NCBI GenBank assembly: GCA_010093605.1
Contig: MU004192.1
Coordinates: 318,882 to 382,881, forward strand
DNA: 64,000 nt
Source: Lophium mytilinum
Taxonomy: Eukaryota
Direction of reading: 5' to 3'
Below the pieces are notes generated by a model. That model saw nothing but the letters and a program-made list of their open reading frames with translations. It did not search any database and was not told the origin of the DNA. Every line of letters begins with the position of its first letter. Position 1 is the stretch's first letter. Shown piece after piece: positions 18,400 through 30,120 of this stretch. The position numbers and the translations under genes were made by a program.

Positions 18400-21300
18400 T
18401 TATGCCTTCGCCCAATCTATGGTATCACTGACCGCCCTTTCTCTATCCCCGCTCGGCCTCACGCTTCTCTCTCCTACGGCGTTTCTTTCTTCCCTCTTTG
18501 CGTTCTTGTTTACAGAGTTCGTGCCCCCGGCTTCAGGGCTGAGAAGGACGTCGGTTTCCGAGACCGGATTCCTCAACCCAACCCCAGAGTCCTTAGCTTC
18601 AGCCTTCAGCTCACTCGGGTCAGGCAAAGCCTCAGACGCAGTGGGTGTCCGTGCATCATCGCCATCCCCTCTCTCAACCTCATTGCTCTTCGTCGACGTC
18701 GCGCTTCGGACCTTAGAGCTATTCCTAACTTCGTCTTTCCTCGGGACGTGCTTCCCGCCTTTCCTCTCGCTCGGCGCGAGCCCGAGTCTGCCGCGCACAG
18801 TGTTATGCGATCTAGCCCTCTCCTGTTCGACCTCCTTCCTCACAACCTTCCACTTCGCAAGGACGTCCTTCTCAACATCTTTCCTTCTCGCGACCATCTC
18901 ATCCACCTTCTGTCGATCGAACTCCTTGTCGTGTGTAACATCCACCGTCGCCAGCGCCTTGAAGTCCTTCTGTCCTTGGATGATCCTCGCTCGCCTTATG
19001 AACGCAGTCGGCTGGCTTCCCTTCGTAAGCTCTTTTTCTATGCCCTTGAAGGTGTAGGCGAAGGGTCCGATGATTGCTGAAATATCTTTGAGCACGAAGC
19101 CGCCTATGCCATAACCGATACCCGAACAGAAGCCCAGCACGCCGTTGTGCTTCGCGCCGTTGTATGGTTGCATCCAGAGGCCGGTGACGCCGTCGTAGAC
19201 ACCAAAGAGGAATTCGTCGCGACCAGCGCGGAGGCCGGAGTGGAAGCCTGAGATACGGGGAGGGCGACGCACGGTGGGGTCGCCGTAAAGGCGGGGAGCG
19301 TTATGGAAGCCTTGGGCGATGGCTAGTGTGAGTTCCATCGGTGCTACATTCGACTGTTAGCTGAGGCCTGTAAAGCATGATACGGTTTATGAAATGATGG
19401 ACGTCGTCATAGTGGAAAGGACATAGAAGTTAGCTGTTTGATCTTACCTGTGGCTAATGCCGCTCCCGTCTGCCCAAAACCATGCCCAGCTTCCTGAGCT
19501 AGTTCGAGCGCTAAAGGCTCCTCAGGATCAGCGGACAGCTTCGAAAGCGTCGTATCCCCTCTTTCCGGACCAGATGGCCTGCCATATGGTACGTTCGTGG
19601 GGTCGGTGTTCTCGTCGACGACAGCTCCATCTGCAAGTCTCCTATCCTTCGCTCTTTTCTTAGCCTTGCTCTTCCTGATCTCGTGGTCTTTCCGTTTCTT
19701 CACGCTGCTCGCCATTTTGATTGGGATGCCACCCACGCCCTTCGCAGCACTTGTTATGCTTCCCAGAATCGCGCTGCCGGTTCCAGTCAATGGTTCGCCA
19801 GGACCTCCGAAATCGTTCCATTCGTAATGCCTGAGCAACCTCATGTCGGACCATTTGAGCTTCTTCTTCGCAACCAAGATCTCTGCGGCTAGCGCACTGA
19901 GCTTTGTTTCCGAGTTCTTGGTCTGCCATGTCGCTACGCGATTCCGCAACAGGTCACAACGCATGCTGTGCTCGCCCTTGAGCGGCAGAGCGCGATGGAA
20001 TGACTTGACGGCATTGCGAGCACCATCGCCTTCCTTTGCGATATTGTCGGCAATCTTCTGGACATTAGCGCGGGCTTCGTCGGTCAAGCACTGCTTGATA
20101 CCCTCGGCCAATCGCTCCACGGTGAGGTTTTTGTAGGGAATGCATTCGTGAGCTCCGGCACGTGCTTTGGCGACCATGGCTCCCCAAAACGGTTGGTCCC
20201 CGAAAAAAGGAACGATCATCGTTGGCTTGCCACACTTCAGCCCAATAGCAGTAGTGCCTGCGCCGCCGTGATGGACGACTGCGCTTACTCTTGGGAAAAG
20301 CCAGTCGTGTGGTGTGTTCTCTAGCATGAAGATGTTGTCTGGTGTGTGCTTTTCGTCGCCCAGGCCTCCCCAACCTTTGCTGACGAGGGCACGTACGCCG
20401 GCCATTTCGACGGCTTGGAAGATGAGCTTGGTGAACTTTTCTGGGTCGTCAACAACAATGCTGCCAAATCCGATATATATTGGAGGTGGGCCTGCATCTA
20501 GGAACTTTGTAAGTTCTTCGGGGGGTTTGAAAGACGATGCCAGCTCCAGGAATACGAAGCCCGCGATATCAATCTCGGGACCCCAATCACTGGGTTTGGG
20601 AACAAGGCTGGGTGACCACTAGAAAAAGTAAGTAATGTACCAGTAAGTCTTCCAAGCTGGGTCAGCTCACCATGTATGTGTATGGTACTCTCAACCTGTA
20701 AAGTTGACCTGGCGCCCAGATTGTCGATACCTGTTCCAGACCAAGCATCGTCGTCCGGAATTTATTGATCAGGTCTCCAAGGCCCTGCCAAGTCATCATT
20801 TCGACCAACGGATAGCTCATGAAATTGGTGTAGTTGGCATCGAGGTTACTTGCTCTGATATTCGCTAAAGGATGAGGGAATTGAACAGTTGGGGTATATG
20901 GAAAACTAAGAAGCGATCAGTTCAGGTTCTGCCGATTTGGGATGGTAATCATACGTAAACATCATGTGCAATGGTATCCCCAAACGCTCGGCGATATGAG
21001 GAGGTGCGAAACTTGGAGGATTCGCTATAATTGCATCTGCAATGAAGGGGTGCTTGTCACCCACTAAAGCGCGAAGTCAGCCACAAAACTTCCGTCTCCG
21101 AATGTATGCTGGAGATAGCTTACTCATTTTCATATTTTCCTCGTCTGTCTCGTCGTCCGTGGAGTTGATGCAAGCACGCCACATGCCCTGAAACATGGTA
21201 TACATATCCGCTCTTCTTTTCCCAATCTCACCAGCCTTTACCGTGTTTATGGACGGGATTAGTCCGGGGTTCTTGACCATGAAAGCCATCAGCTCAGATG

Positions 21301-22243
21301 GGTTTCCGCCTACTGAAAAGAACTCAAGCCCGGAGTCTTGCTCTACGAACTTCTTGAATGAAGGGTGAGTCGCGATCCTCACCCTATGCCCATACTCTTC
21401 TTTCAAGATCTTGCCAATCTTGAGGAAGGGCTGAATATCGCCTCTCGAGCCAATAACTATGACCACGATATTGAGCTTGACCCTGGTTTCCGGATGTAGC
21501 TCCATATCGTCTTCTTCGGAAGTAACCTCGGTTTCTGGTTCGACATCATCATGTGAGAACATAGCACTCTTCTTCCGCGGTTTCGCGCCCACAACATTCA
21601 TCCCAGTGCGAACGCCAGCTCCTAGGGCCTTGGCCAAATATCCGGTATTCGCGGTCTCGTTCAACGAGATCTTCAGTCGCCCATCCCGCTTCGACACCTT
21701 TCCCTTCGTCTTGAAGTGCTCATTGCCGACCTGGAAGCGCGAGAAGGGTGCCGAACTCGAATCACGTCTGCCTCTCTTTTTGGGCAAGCTTGTGCGTCGG
21801 CCGTGATCGGGTGTAGCGTCTGGCTCGACTTCTTCCTCGTCGGACGACGAGGCCGAGCTAGAATCGGAGCTGTATGGATCAAAGGCATATGTGAGAGATT
21901 TACGAGTCCTGTTATGCTTCGCTGCGGTTGCACTTCGCGTTCGGAAGAAGAGGGAGTCGTTCGTTTGGACCTTGGGCCGCTCGGTCTGCGATTTCGCCGT
22001 CATTTGCGGTCTTAGTTGCCCAGTTGGTTCTGTTCGCGTGCGATCGAGCTCTTCCAGTGCAGGTTCCGATGTTGAGCCGTTCGGTGCTCTTTCACCAACT
22101 GTCTTACGCTGGGAATCATTTTGGGCGGATCGGTCGACAGAGGAAGCAGAGGAGCTCGTTTGTGGGTAGGGAAATTCGGTATCAAGCGGTATAGCGGTAG
22201 GGATGATGGCGGGGTTGTGCTGCTCGTCAAAGAAGCCTGGCAT
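18400..22243 (-). CDS. Glycosyltransferase family 1, sterol 3-beta-glucosyltransferase-like; introns 21064-21123, 20906-20954, 20619-20670, 19344-19447
   Basis: GT28-N motif [10 protein letters not shown]...[20 protein letters not shown], and the UDPGT signature PHDWLF...[11 protein letters not shown]...[11 protein letters not shown]. Four GT-AG introns restore one frame. Confidence 0.9.
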
Positions 22244-23044
22244 TGTCACTCTTTTGAAGCCTGGTGGCTAGGTATACGCGGTGAAAGCAGGATGTTGTGT
22301 TCAGGGCCAAAACACAGTTTTTGAGTGGCGCTGGACAGCTTTTTGCACGAAGAGATGGTCGTCTGAGACGATGACGGTAGAGAAGCACACCCGCAAGAAT
22401 CCGCCGCTGGACCACCGAGGCATGCAGAATTGGATCGTCACCGGCGCATGGCGAAGTGTGAATGCGGTACGATATGCGGGATGTGGCGGAAGCGTGGTCA
22501 GTCCCTGCCAGCCGCGAGCCAGCGCGCCGACATCATGGGGGCCCTTGCCAGCAATTCCTTGCTCTGCACCTTGCTGCTTTCAGGGCAGGCGCAGAGACGG
22601 TTTCACCTTTCGGTGGCAGGAATAGGACAGGGTGCGGTGCCGAGCGAGCTGGTGTGGCTCTCGGCTTTTTGCCCGATCCTTGCTTTATGACGTCGCGCCC
22701 TCGTGGTGCCTGAACGCCACCAGTGCTTAATTCGTGCCCATGCAATTTGAAGCCTGCATGTGACATGGATCCACAATATCGCCAACAGATCTCATGAGTT
22801 TTTGGCAAGGAAGAAATTCTAGATTTGATGTCCTGTAGCATGCTCAAAGCGCAATCTGAAGGGCAAGAGGCCCCAAGGAAGGTTGCAGAACCTATGAAAA
22901 GAACTTTTCATTCTCCGAGGGCCAGACATGGTTATCGACCAGAACAAACACCAAAAAACGCTTTTGTTGAAATCCGCAGGAAACACCACTGAAGAAACCA
23001 TCCAACATGGCGTCGCTGATTGGATGTCTGATGTGGAAGTCCTC

Positions 23045-24192
23045 CTACTTCTTCCCCCCAAGCCCGACTCCATACGCTAGCGCAGCCAAGCAATCCTTTC
23101 CCCATGCTATCCATCCTCTCGCCTTTTGGACTGCATTGAGAGTGTTGACAATCGCTCTGACGGATGCATCAGTGTACTGGAAGTCATCTGCATAGACCTC
23201 CCATACCGCCGCTGCCTCAACGTCAGCATCCTCACCGTGATACTTCAACTCCCCGTTGTGGTCTGGGGTCAGCTTGATCTTAGGGCCCACAACCACACCG
23301 CGGCCCAAGACACGCGAGTCTGCCGTAAACCGAGTGGCCGCATCGACGACGTCCTCGACCTTCCCAAGCCCGCCGCCCGCAATGACTACACGCAAGACGG
23401 TAGGCATCATCGGCGTGTCGATGTAGTATGGGCAAACGATGTTGACGCGGATGCCTTGCGCAAATGATGTCGCTCGCAGAGAGCGGAAGAGGCCCAGTAC
23501 GGCGTGTTTGGAGGCTGCGTATTGCGGCGAGAGCGGCAAGCCCATAAGTGAAGCTACAGAGCCGAGAAAGAGGAGATGGCGATCACGAGGGGTTGTCGCC
23601 GGATCTGAGTCCGTGTTACAATCTTTAGATCCCGGGTTGCGGGGCAGATAGAAGATGGCGAGATGCGAAGTGTACATCACACCAGTAAGATTGACGTCAA
23701 GCATCGGCCACTTGGGCTGCTTCGGCTCAGCGACGCTCAAGTCGCGTGGAAACTGAAGAGTGTCGGCTGGAGAAGTTAGCATATCGTCAATCATCATAGC
23801 TTTGATAGTTTTTCACTCTTGGCAATTCCCGCGTTTGCTACCACCGTATCAATGCCGCCATGGGGACTCAGCTTCACTGCTTCCTTGAAAAGGTTGACTT
23901 GGGATTGCCAGTCTGTGACGTCGCAGTGGACAAAGTGAACGTTCTTGTTTCCCGTCTCTTTCTGTACATCTCGAGCTACCTGGTCGCCCTGTTCGGTGTT
24001 GATATCCCCGAATATGACCGTGGCTCCATGCCCTGCCCACTTGCGCACAAAGGCAGCCCCAAAGCCACTGGCCCCTCCGGTCACGAGGATCGTCCTGCCC
24101 TTGACCCAGGCCGGATCGTATGGGATTGAGAGATCGAGGGGTGGTGACTGATGCATGTCCACCGGTCTCCTCTCATCGCTCGTTGTTGCCAT
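23045..24192 (-). CDS. Short-chain dehydrogenase/reductase; intron ~23767-23816
   Basis: TGGASGFG, CDVTDW, VANAGI and catalytic YAASK motifs. Confidence 0.88.
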
Positions 24193-24957
24193 GTTGGATA
24201 TTGCGAGGTATCGTGGAGACTGCGAATTGACCTCCCTCTCACCTCCTTGTAGCTGTGGGGCTTGATGATGCTCGAAAAGCCCAGGCTATGGGGTCGCGTT
24301 GATGGACCGGCTATTTACAGACTTGCACTAGATCCGAAGAAGGTACGCAGGGCATAGAAAAGGTGGCACTCTAAACCTATCGTAAGCTGCCGCGGGTGCG
24401 ACGTCCATGCGGCTTCTTGAGGTGCTTCAACACAATTTAAGAGATCTAAACGAGATCAAGACCATCCCCCTTGGGACAACGTGGGAACTCGTTGAAGAGC
24501 TTCAAGCAGTGACAGCCAGGTGTGTTTTCGCACGAAGAGGAAGGCATGTCACGTGAAAGCGGAGCATCATTCGGCCCGTCGAACAAGAGCTAGTATATCG
24601 AGACTGGCATTCGTAGCAGTCTGCTCCTCGGGATTCTAGAACATAGAAAATACGAGAGCAGGTTACGCGCACCGACGTCACTATAGAGGTGAAGTGTCCT
24701 GGTGTCGATTAAAATGCTGGCTTCTGTGAAAATTCGAAGCGCGGCGGCCAAAAAACTGGCGGGCTTTGAATTCGTTGGTCCAAGCGCCTCTCGGGTTCTA
24801 GAGGTTCACCTCCCTCTTCCACGCTCTCCCTCTCTCTCTCACTCTCACACCACTCTCTTCCGCCTTCACAACCTTCCTTTCAGTACTTCTTCTTATCACA
24901 AGTCTCGCGTTATACCGCCGTACCTACTCCAACCATCCCTACCGACCCTCATCCGCC

Positions 24958-26624
24958 ATGTCTGACGACGACTTCCTCGATGATGCGCTCCTCGCGCTCG
25001 CAGGAGACGAGGATGAAGCCGAAGAAGGAGAGGCGTAAGTCTTCCCTCGACTCAGCGCCATTCCTCCATCTCTGCTTCCTTGCCACGCGAGCGACTGTCC
25101 CTGTGATCTGTTGCTGACACCTCTCAGTTCCGACGCCGCCTCCCCAGCCAACTCCCTTGGATCTGGAGCTATGGACGAATCCGACTCGAGCCGGGACAGC
25201 CCGGACGCCACCGATACTACCGTCATGTTTCCTCTCGAGGGTGTCTTCCGCAGCGAGCGTGATAAGGCCGAAATCATGGCCCTTCCCCAAGTCAAGCGCG
25301 AGGAGATCCTAGCCGACCGCGAGGACCAGAAACAGCAGCAATCCTTCAGCACTCAGCTCGCACGTCGTGCCAAGGCAGTTGAACGCAATGGTCAGAATCT
25401 CGATGACAAGAGAAAGCGCAAGGCGAGCTCTGCCGAACTTGATGAGAGCCAGCGCAAGGCCAGTCGACCAAAGGTCAAAAGCAGCCAGCATCTCGAAGCG
25501 TACAAGCGGCAGCGCGAACAGCGTGGCCAGTTGCGCGAACGTCAGAATGACCGCCGCACCCACGGTCGACGAGACTCATCAGGCTCCAATCGACCATCCG
25601 ACATCGATGCAGAGGGCGAGAGTGAGGTAGAATGGGACGAGGGCGCCAAGGCAGCGCAGGCCGCTCGCGAGGAGGTTCCACCCAACCTGAACCACTACGA
25701 CATGGTTCGTGTCGGGCGTGGCTTGTTCCATGAGGTTTGCTTCTACCCGGGTTTCGAGGATACTATGGTTGGCGCCTTCTGCCGTGTTGGCTCCGGCCAG
25801 GATCCAGCGACTGGAAGGACCCTCTACAAAATGGCGCAGATCAAAGGTAAGAAAGAACGCAACATTGACTCTATCATTGACTGACTCTCTGGCCAGGTTT
25901 CACCAAGGGCAAGCCATACGGCTTCGAAGGCAAAGGAGAAGGCAAGGCTTTTACCGACTTGTATGTCGTGGTGCAGCACGGCATCGGCAAGAAGGAGTGG
26001 CAGTTCCAATACTTGTCCAACCAGAGGTTCACCGAGTCGGAACTCGAGACGTATAAGAAGCATCTGACCGACAATAACCTCAAGACGCCAACTCGAACCT
26101 TCCTCGAACAGAAGGTCCGCAGCATCAAGGCCCTCGTGGACCATTACTGGGACGAGGAGGAGGTCAACGCGATGATCGCGAAGAAGCAGAAGTACAAGCA
26201 CCTCGAGCAAGCCAGCGCGAAGGTTGCTCCTCCCTCGCAGTCCGAACTCGCCGCCCAGCGCATCGCAGATCTCAATGCGGCTAACCGTCTCGCCAACTCC
26301 GAATCCATCCGCAAAGCACTCATTGCAGAGCGCCGCCAACGTGAGCGTGAACAGCGCGAACGTGCTCTCAAGAGGCAGAAGGAGAAGCAGGCAATGGAGG
26401 AAGCCGAGAAGGCCAAACTCCTCCAGCTCCCGAAGTCCAACCTCGACGACCTCTTCGAAGCTAGCGACCGCAGCCGCTCTGGCACCCCTGCTACTTTGGC
26501 CAAGCCGTCTGGCACGAGCACCCCAGCCAGGAAGGAGAAGAAGGGCATCCCGACTTTCAAGAAGCGCACGATGGATGATGACATCATCGCTAGCCTTGAC
26601 ATTGGCATCGAGATCGACATCTGA
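24958..26624 (+). CDS. RTF1: RNA polymerase II-associated Paf1 complex subunit Rtf1; introns 25035-25127, 25847-25896
   Basis: FPLEGVFRSERDKAEIMALPQVKREEILADR histone-modification domain, Plus3 domain (FYPGFEDTMVGAFCRV...YKMAQIKG...LSNQRFT) and C-terminal DIEIDI-like tail. Confidence 0.92.
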
Positions 26625-27400
26625 ACTTGACGACACCGCGAACAGAGCGAAAGAGCTGCCTTCGTCCCTCATGAGATTGCTTACGGCGAATGGAAGGTGG
26701 CATCCGGTACAGGTGTTTTGGCTGTTTTGCATTTCCCGGCTTGGTAAAAGGCATAGTCGATCTCTATGGGCGGCGACACATTTGATTATGTTTGGACGCG
26801 CCCGTTGCGAGAAGGCGATGGCGATGTCGATTCTGCATGTTGATGCAATGATGACCTGATTACTCTCGGCATATCGAGAAAGATACTCTGTTCACTTGGA
26901 GTATACTACTAGCGTAGCTTAGCTTGCTATTGAATAGCATGAAAACTTTCAAACTCATGACATTGGACTTTGATTTACCCTTATTCCTTAAATCATTCAG
27001 CACTACTACTACATTCTCAGAGAATTCGTTGCGTGTACCTTCATTCTCACGTCTCGCAAGCCATTGAGCACTGGAATAATGACATTGGTTTACTAGTGAA
27101 CAGATGTACAAAAACTACTCCGAGAGATGAATGCTGTCCCTTCGCACTTCCACATGAACAGCATCTCATGCCCGTAAACTTCTAACATCCTCAAACAAAA
27201 TATTACCGAACCACACCCCTTGCACCGTCCCACCAATGACAACACAGCTATGGTCATCTACCTCATCACGTGACACATTCCGCCCGATCCATCCCGGCTC
27301 TCTCTCGAACCTCCAAGATCGACTGCCCACGCAAACCTCTCCAGCAATTGCCCACACAACCCCCACCACACCATCCGCCCACCCATCCCAACCCCTCACA

Positions 27401-28113
27401 ATGGGCTTCACCGACCTGCTGAGCGACATGTGGGACGCGCTGTCGACGCACCCGGACGCCGACGCCGAGGCGCCCGTTTCAGGCGGCGCCTCGACCAACT
27501 CGCCGGCCTCGGGCACGGATGAGGAGAGCGCGGACGAGGCGGACGTCAATAAGGCTGATGCGAAGGACGACGGGGAGGGCGAGCAGGGGCATAAGCCGAG
27601 TGGGGATGATGGGGACGATGAGGAGGAAGAGGAGGAGGAGACGGTGGATCCGAAGGCGAAGCTTGAAGAGGGTGAGTAAACTCTTTATTTGCGACACGGG
27701 GGAGTGGGGCGAGAGGTGGGATGTCAAGATTCGAGCTATGGGAGGCCAATTGGATGTCGCGAGGGCCTTTTGGGGTGAGGGCTGCTGGGGATGGGGTTGG
27801 CGGTGGTGTTTTTTAATCGCTGTTTGATGGGTTGGAGGCTGACATGATTTGACTTTGCAGAGTGCACTGAGAGCAAGCAGTGCTCGGCTCCCAAGCACCA
27901 CTACGACGAGTGCGTTGAGCGCGTCACAGGCCAGATCGAGAACGATGGCAAGGCGAAGGAGGACTGCGTTGAAGAATGTAAGTCTACTCCTCAAACACGA
28001 TCACAGTTGGAACTGCATCTATCATGTTCAATCGCTGACAACTGGCAGTCTTCCACCTCGCCCATTGCGCTTCCGCCTGCGCCGCTCCTAAGCTCTGGGC
28101 ACAGCTCAAGTAA
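27401..28113 (+). CDS. QCR6: Ubiquinol-cytochrome c reductase hinge protein; introns 27672-27860, 27978-28048
   Basis: Acidic N-terminus, then DPKAKLEEEC...CSAPKHHYDECVERV...EDCVEEFFHLAHCASACAAPKLWAQLK after splicing. Confidence 0.93.
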
Positions 28114-28579
28114 AGCCTTTCGACCGTTGACCTCTCTACCAATGGCACACTACGTTACGAGTTGGTACAGCTCTGAGTGGGTTTCGATGCCGGGGACGAG
28201 GTCGGACGAACGGAGAATTGAAAACCTCGAAATACGATTGTACATACTAAAGACCCTGTGTGTCCTCTGCCTGCCGCATCTGTACGATCTGGTTAGCTGC
28301 TCTTTTTGTCGCGCTGTGCATGATGGGGGGTGAATAGCGAGTGTAGTGTATCTGTTCTTATATGCGTAGAATCAAGACGGGTGTAGAATTTTGCCTTATC
28401 ACAATGTGTGCTGAACGCTATTGAAGTATTCTTGAACTAGGTATATTGGACAATCATATCGAAGAGCTGCTACTCAAAAAGGCGATATGAAGATCACATT
28501 GTAATTCAGATGGAAGCAATGAACTCTCTAGGTGTTATACTGTACAAGCATTATTGAACGCGATAGGTTCGGAACATCG

Positions 28580-28925
28580 GCTTAAATGCGATGCTGATAT
28601 CAGATCTCTGCAGAATTGATACAAAAGTTCACTGAAGGTTTATTCACTTAATCGCGATGTTGATATAAGTCTTGTAGAGAATTTAATGCGATAGCTTAGA
28701 TTAATCGACTTCAGCGCGATGCTGACACACACCTTGTAGGAAATCTGCTGGACCTGTAGCCTTCAACGCAATGCTGATGCAAACCACGCGGAGATATAGT
28801 TGCCGCCGCCTAGGATCCTTAGCCTGAGAGACGATGATTGTATAAGATTATCGGAGAATTCGTTACCGTCGCTCGGGGCGTTGGGTCCTCATCGCGATGC
28901 TGATATAAACCATGTGGAGAATCTA
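28580..28925. repeat. Degenerate ~60-bp-period motif array
   Basis: GCGATGCTGATA-like motif at 28588, 28654, 28716, 28768, (28831) and 28894, each followed by a variant of CTTGT(A/G)GAGAAT. Confidence 0.65.
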
Positions 28926-29834
28926 TCGCCTCCACCTTCATTCTCGAGCCTCGTGCCTTGTCCATGTGTACGCTTGTCTACCACTGCTTCCACAAGTTTC
29001 CACATACCCCAAAGTGAGGAGCCTATGCCGTCAGATTTCCGAGATGCATTTAAGCACTCCAAGCAGTGGCATACCCTTGTGTAGGATGCCATCTCTTCAA
29101 ACCCCCTCGTGCTTGTCATCGCCGAACTTGGCTCGCCAAGAAATCAGGCTCAAGCATGGGATTCGAAGGATGCAGTCAGAAGATACCGATAGCGCAGCGG
29201 TGGACTCGATGGAAGGTTTTGGATGCCTTACCACTTCTATGTGCCATATCTCAAGGCTCTCCATGCCACATAGGAAATGCCCGTACCCCTGATCTACCCG
29301 CGCGGGGCTCACGCTAGTATCGCTTCGGCACAGCATACTTCAACGCCTGACTCAAAAAGCTCCGTCGAGCCCTTTTCTGGAGAGTCTATCGATTCCTGGC
29401 GCCTTGTTGACAGCGCGGTCGCCGTTACTATCGCCTGTCAAGACCTGTCAACCACGGTGTCGATATGGGAGTCCCTTTCCTACGCGCTCACATTCATCAA
29501 CACCACAGACACCAGCCTCGTACATCGTCGTCTGCCGCTTCGAGACATCCCAATGCAGCCAGCCAGTCCCAAATAGAGGCGCTGGAGGCCTAGCCGCAGT
29601 CTCGCCATCCTGTTCTAGCCTCCAGCTGCGTCCCAGGTGCAGATAGGGATCACAAAGCCACACGGACACCCCGTAAGGACCCTGGAAGGCCCGTCTCGCC
29701 TACATCCCGCGTCGGTAAAAACAAGAGTAAACAAGAGTTGGGGCGTTTCTGGAGCGTCTAAAATATGCCCAATTCATTTCCCCATCAGACCCACGGCGCA
29801 TTCGAGCGCACCTGAACAGCGGCTGGTGATCTAG
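28800..29834 (+). pseudogene. Decayed reading frame interrupted only by TAG codons
   Basis: One frame over 345 codons has stops at 29082, 29190, 29271, 29574, 29616 and 29832. All are TAG. Confidence 0.4.
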
Positions 29835-30120
29835 CCAAGCACGTGTTGCCCACGCCACGACTTTTCGGGATCTGCCAATACGCCACATCTCTGCCATGGC
29901 CTCACAAGCTTCCAGACTCAGGTGCGCCAGATTGGGGCTGAGAAAGTCTAGCCGCCACGTCCTGACTCTCCTCCGCATTTACGAGGAAGTAGAAAATGGT
30001 ATATAGCAATGGCGTCCCTGCCGGCTTCTCCTACAGTATCCTTCGGTCTCACTCTTTGGACCACCACTGTCGTTTCTAGCCTGTCTAGTTGCCTGTCTCT
30101 GCTGTTTAACGTCCTTCACT

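Noticed and set aside
25824..26732. 302-aa antisense ORF over RTF1, and similar long antisense ORFs over the WSC, GT1, mucin and Zn2Cys6 genes
   Set aside because: Shadow ORFs caused by GC3-biased codon usage of the real genes.
28580..28925. CRISPR array
   Set aside because: Repeats are degenerate, spacing is irregular, the genome is fungal and there are no cas genes.
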